This document shows positions 57,833 through 64,000 of a DNA stretch of 64,000 nucleotides, in pieces. The stretch lies in assembly GCF_009914755.1 (NCBI RefSeq), contig NC_060930.1. One strand, written 5' to 3'. Under the pieces are notes generated by a model. That model did no database searches. It was not told the origin of the DNA and was given only the letters and a program-made list of their open reading frames with translations. Within the stretch, counting starts at the first letter, position 1. Each line of letters opens with the position of its first letter. Made by a program: the position numbers and the translations under genes. The DNA comes from the human T2T-CHM13v2.0 reference genome, Homo sapiens.

Positions 57833-59927
57833 TGTACTTACTGTGGTTCTTCTACTACCTGGTGATACTAAAATCAGCCATCGTTAGTACATGTCAGCAC
57901 CTCAGAAACTCTTCTTGAAGGACATTTAAATTCATGGGATTTCAGTTTCCTGGTCTTCAAAGCAATGAGTAATTTTACAGAAAATTATAGGGAGAATGAA
58001 CTGAGACAGTGTATATAGCAAAATCCACATATTTAGGGGCTTTTTGGTATGAACTCTTGCCATTATTTAATATTTATGTTTATAGCCTTTCTTGTCTCTT
58101 TTTTCTATTCTCTATGGCTCTTACCCTCATTGGTGAGGCTTTATAGTCTCAGTTTTTGTCAAAACCACAGTCTACTACTTTTACATACATTGTTTTTTAA
58201 AAAAACTTTTCCTTTCAATTTGATTGTATCACTTAACACAGACCATAGCTTCAGATAATGCTGTCATACTCTATTGCCTAGACAGACAGGAAACCAAAGC
58301 CACAGAGAGGTTTTTTTCAAATAAAGAATGGCTGATGGTAACAACAGATAGAATGTAACTTTGTAGAACCATAAAATAGTTTCAGTTTTCAGGATGAGAG
58401 AGGAAAACACACAGATAAGACCTGTGAAAATGTATGGCTATTCCTGACTTGTTGGGTTTGGGTATTCAATATCACCCACAATACTTTGGGCTAATTATGT
58501 TCTCAGTATTCAAGACAAGTAAAAGGTCACATTCCCAGCTGTAAGTTCTCACCAACTGGAGTGGCGAAGCTTGTCTTTAAACAATGACTTAATCCAGGGA
58601 TACTTTTTCATGGGCCATTTTAAAAATTGTTAAGCTATCATAGTCACATCTATGTTCACAGCTATCATTATATTCATTATGTTTGCCTCATCCTGAAATA
58701 TGGCTTGTATGCGAATGGTAAGCAGTAGATCATTTTAGAGAGAGCTTTTCAGAGTTAATTATGAGAAGAGTAGAGCACCTATTCCTTGAAATTAGCACAG
58801 ATATTTAGGAAAGAAAACTTGAGCTATTCTTTAATTTCACCTAGCCTTGAATAGCAAATATTTCACATATTCCTTCTTATTTTTTAACACCACAAATAAA
58901 TTACTACTATAATACTTATTAATATTCATAGTTTCATAAATAAAATGTCACTGCCTCTCCACTAGACATTCCATAACTAGTTTAAAAACAATACTACCAC
59001 TTTGTCTTTGGCGTGAAGACAGTAACTGATCTCAATAATATAACGTCTTATCTTATTCATTTCTCCTCTGAATATGAAGAAGAAACAATTTTTTTGTGAA
59101 TCCAGAGCTTTCACATATAAGCAAAAGAAATTCTCCTCTACCTGACAAAATAATGTTACTTACTTTTACCTCAGTGTTAAATTAATAGTTTTGATTTCTG
59201 CTTTTGACTATAGCTGTGATTGTAGTGGAACAGAAAATTATATTACTTTAAATTGTAGAACCAAAAGTTTTTAACAGGGCTTTGGGGATACATTTCTTTG
59301 CTTCCCATAGAGGTATTTCCTTTTTAAAGACCTTCAAAGTCAACCATTCTATAACCTTCTTAAGTAATATGCTGACCAATCACAGAGTCGATTTTAAGTA
59401 TTTATTTTGTGAAACTTTTTACCATAAAAAGTATTTGCAAATGCCTCATGGAGATAGAAAATCATTTGTTGCTATTCTGAAGAAATTATATCACATTCAT
59501 GAATAGTAACACTTTTATAGTGTTAGTAAATATAAATAGTTAATTTCTAATAGTTAGAAATGGTAATTTCAAAAGATAAATGGTCAGTTGAAATCATAGT
59601 TTTATTAAAAAAAATTAATTTGGGGCCACAAAGAAAAAATGTAGAATTAACCACAGGAATGCTGTTTTCTTGTGTTTATGCTTTAAATGACTATATAATG
59701 TATTACTATAAATATTAAATATTAAAATATTTCTGAAAAGAAATGGAGTTATTTGACAGAATTATACAAGCAATAGCCTATAGAATCTATTAATATTGGA
59801 ATATTTTTAACATTATAATTTACACAGCAGCAGAGAAAGTCTGTGAGCACCTTGGCTAATCTCTTCAGTCTCAACAGGTGATGGTCATCCCTCTACATCC
59901 AAATACTCTGTTTCTCCTACCAAATGA

Positions 59928-60125
<198 letters not shown>

Positions 60126-60510
60126 TGACTAATTTTTTTATAATATGCATTTTATACAACTGTATATTCAGGTTTACTTGAAACAACAGCAGAAATTTTC
60201 TTTATGCGCTATTTGTTTATGTAAGTTTTTTTTCTGATGGTGAAGTTCAGTAACAAATGAATGACATAGCAGAAAAAAAAAATCAGCTCAGTGTCTGTGA
60301 ATCCAAGGGAATGAAGGAGGTAGATGAAAGTTTATATTTTACTTTAGGAACATATTTTGAAAATACTAACAATATGAACAAAATGCCAGAATAATCTTGA
60401 TCATCACTGTTGTCAACTTTAGGGAAAAAAAAGAGTGTGTAGATGTGAATGTGGGAACTCTAATGAGATAAATCTTATAGAAGGAGATTTCCTGTTTTAA
60501 AACATCTCCT

Positions 60511-60803
60511 GCTGGGCATGGTGGCTCATGCCTATAATCCCAGCACTTTGGGAGGCCAAGGTGGAGAATAACTTGAGCCCAGGAATTCGAGACTAGCCTG
60601 GGCTACACAGGGAGACTGTCTCTACGAAAGATTAAGAAATTAGTTGGGTGTTGTGCTGTGCACCTGTAATCTCAGTTACTAGGCGGGGCTGAGGCAGGAG
60701 GATTACCTGAGCTTGGGAGGTCAAGGCTGCAGTGAGCCATGTTCATGCCACTGCACTCCAGCCTGGGCAGCAGAATGAGACCCTGTCTCAAAAAAACAAA
60801 CAG
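60511..60803 (+). mobile_element. AluJ
   Basis: Full dimer; TSD aaaac(a/g)tctcct at 60499-60510 / 60804-60815. Confidence 0.9.
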
Positions 60804-62812
60804 AAAACGTCTCCTTCTCTCATGTTCCCTGTCTCTATTAGTGATACCACTGTCTTCACAGGACTAGGTCATGAATGTAGGGATTCTGTTGGACCTAAAA
60901 TCAAGTTTCTCCTGGAGATCGTTCACATCCTAAGCTCTAGCCACACATATGGCACGGCTTGTACTTCCACAAAGAGGCTGTGCTGCTTCCTTTAGATACC
61001 CTTTCTATATCTTTGCACACTGTTCTTCTCCACTCCCACCGGCAACCTCATTATCACCTATGTATTTTTAAAGACAGCTCCTAAGTCAGCTCTTCTTTGG
61101 AACCTTTTCTGAAATAAAGTATAGACATCACTGCCTTTGAGCCTCTACTTCATGCTGTCCAGATGCCTAGAGCATCATATGCATCAGAAGACCATAGTAC
61201 TTAGAAGACTAGATATATTTATGTTCACATATATATATATGTATATATTCTGTAAACAATAATCTCTGACTTAAGATCATATTTTCTTTTTTCTTTAACT
61301 CTTACTTCCCACATATTTCCAGAACCCAGCACATTCCCTGGAACTGGAACACTTGTTGAATAGACAAATGAATGAGTCTGCATGAGAATATTTTAGGAAA
61401 TCAAATGTTCACAAATATGGATAACAAAAAGCAATTGTTTTAATGTTATTCTATGATTGCAATTATACTGTGATTAGGTACATTAGTAGAGATCAAAAGA
61501 AAAGAAAACTTTGACCCTTCGCCTTCTCTACACTCAGGAGGTTGAATTGAGGGAGGCAAGTGTTCCTCAGCCTTGAAGAGGGCGATTGCGACCAAGGCCA
61601 TAATCACAGTCTAGTAAAGAGGCAGGCATCTCCACTTCTGTGAGGAGCCACCCATCTCTATTGGGTGGATGTACACCGTTACAAAGAACTCATAGAGATG
61701 GATGAATGCAAATAATAATACTAATCATGGTAATAAACCATTTCTGAGTCTCTATGGGAAAATACTTCTTAACAAATGGGGCTTTTTGGAGGGAGGGAGA
61801 ATGCAAGCTGCTACCCTTTCACGTATAGGAGTCTTCACAAAGAAGGAGTCTGACAAATGGTAGTTTATCTATGACTGGAGAACCCTAGGAGGACCAGCAC
61901 TGGCTCTGTCCTCATAGGCTGTGAAAGCCCAGCACCACTCTGTCCATATATTTAGACATTTAATTTATACCATTTAATTTAAATTATCCGTTTTATTGTT
62001 TTTCTGCAAATGAATCTGTGGATAAGCGCTTCTACCAATGGAAAAATAAAAGGCTAAAACCTAACAGTTTTAAAGTTCACAGTATACATGGGAAAGTTAT
62101 TTGAATTTTCAGTTGGTGATGACAGTACTTGTTCCCAGAAAACTGATATAACTCACTAATGCTCAGTACTGAAATACAAGAGTTTATTGTTGTTGTTGAC
62201 GTATTGCTGTTACTTTGATATCCTTTAAAATGTAGAATCTGAATCATTGATGTCATGAGGCTTACTTAGAGAGTCGTCAAACAAAAAGTCAGATGATGTG
62301 AGGATAAAGAAGTCTGAGAGTTTGTTGGTTTGCAGGTGACTTCCTGTGTCCCCCTTAGTTAGCTTCCAGGCAGGAGAGGCTATCAGAGCAGCTGGAACAT
62401 TTTCTATAAAATAGCCACACAACTCAAAGAAGACACTATTGAGGCATCATTTCTAGGCTTTCCCCTTTGAAAAAAATCAAATTACATTTTGAATTTTTCA
62501 GGATTGTTTTCCTTCTCTGTAGGGTTTATTTCTTTGAATAAAACTAGTATCTGCTAATGATTAGAATGATAATGTATGTTTCATGTTTATACTTACATAA
62601 CTGTGTTTTTTACTTAAGGTTTTGTCCAATGTAATGATTTTTGGATTTGAAGTGTATTAAATGTTAATGTTTTTTCTAACTTCTAATTTTTTTTTTTACA
62701 AATTCTGAAGATAAACACTAATATTTTGGTATTACATTAAAGAAATACCTAATTACCAGCATTGTCATTTTGCTTTCATCCTGCATCTCTAATCTCTAAC
62801 TTTAAAAAATAG

Positions 62813-62962
<150 letters not shown>

Positions 62963-63619
62963 TAATATTTTCACTGACTCTTGCCAGCAAAGCTACATGT
63001 TATCAGCCTTCCCAGGGTTATACGTGCAGCACGGTAGTTCTTAGGCATTATATTGATTGCAAAGAAGGGCAGGAATCTCTGTGTATGCCTGTATCATTCA
63101 CTCCTGGGGAATAAAGATAACATAAGTGGATGACTCAGAAAGGCAGTGTTTTCCTCCCAGCCACATGCTAATCAAGCCCTTTCACAGAAAAACTGAAGAG
63201 TTTAGAAGCCAGTGGGTAGCACCAGAGCAAAGTACCTTGTATGTGGATGAACCTAGCCTACCCTTGGAACATGCGTCTGGAATTCCGAAACTTTTTAACT
63301 ATTTTGACTGATTATTGCTGGAATGGGGAGAGGAGGCAAAGAGGAAATGAAGACAAGATCCAGATTGGGATAGTCTGCTGATGGAAACTGTCAGGGTGTA
63401 GATTTTCTCTAAATGTTTAACAGAAACCTCAGAGACTAGATAATTGCAGGGATTCATGGAATAGCAAGTCAAATCCATTTCTCTACCCACCTCACTCCCA
63501 ATTAGAGTTTTCCTGGGGGAAATTCAGAAATGGAAACTGCCTAAGCATAAATACTTTGCATACTATAAATATTGCTGGGTTTGACACTTTGTAGGGAGCA
63601 AAGAAGGGGACTGTAGAGA

Positions 63620-63800
63620 TGTATGGACTTGAGTTTGAAATGTGGCTCCATCTCTTCCTGGCTGTGAGAACTTGGAAAATTCGTTGATTTACCAAATTCC
63701 ATTTAATCTTCTATAAGATGTGAATTATAATCTGCTTTGCAGAGTTATGTGAACTCAAAATCAGATTTTACCTGTAAAGTTCTTAAAGCAGTACTTGGCC
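63620..63800 (+). mobile_element. MIR
   Basis: gacttgagtttgaaatgtggctcc...ggctgtgagaacttgg...ctataagatg. Confidence 0.55.
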
Positions 63801-64000
63801 AATGTATCCTAGGTTAGGATACTGCTGGTATTTTGTTTCCAAGATGCATGCTACTGATTTTTTTCCCATAAGAATTTTTAGCATGAAATTTATTTCAGTG
63901 CATTACAGTTTTATTTTCAAAGGAAACTTAACCTAGAAATCAAGGCAAATCCCAAAAGTTATTAACTAATCTTTTCAGTTCTAATATCATTTATAGGAAA

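Noticed and set aside
62225-62422. Acidic 65-aa minus-strand ORF
   Set aside because: No recognisable homology, no ATG start and no splice support; possibly an old DNA-transposon remnant, but I cannot support a call.

Overview
AT-rich, CpG-depleted primate genomic DNA, almost certainly human. It is an internal slice of the adhesion GPCR gene ADGRG6 (GPR126/DREG/VIGR, 6q24) on the + strand. Positions 1-29936 are the 3' part of the large intron 2. Nine coding exons (3-11, all GT-AG, phase-consistent) follow, encoding the CUB, pentraxin, linker, SEA and start of the HormR domains. The rest is intronic DNA with Alu, L1, L2, MIR, LTR and DNA-transposon fossils. There is no prokaryotic system, CRISPR array or structural RNA gene. 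The most interesting signals are: (1) an apparent fossil tandem paralogue of exon 10 at 57690-57832, with the same 143-nt length and phase, residue identity carried by different synonymous codons, an intact acceptor, but stops and a lost donor; (2) a candidate in-frame 9/6-nt microexon at 46835-46843 and a decayed exon-6-like cassette at 51821-51869, both in the linker that controls receptor conformation; (3) the intron-6 TGAACA hairpin matching the known APOBEC hotspot; (4) a 68-bp perfect AT-rich palindrome; (5) inverted Alus flanking exons 3-4, which could yield a 966-nt stop-free circRNA. Repeat subfamily calls and old-repeat boundaries are by eye and approximate.
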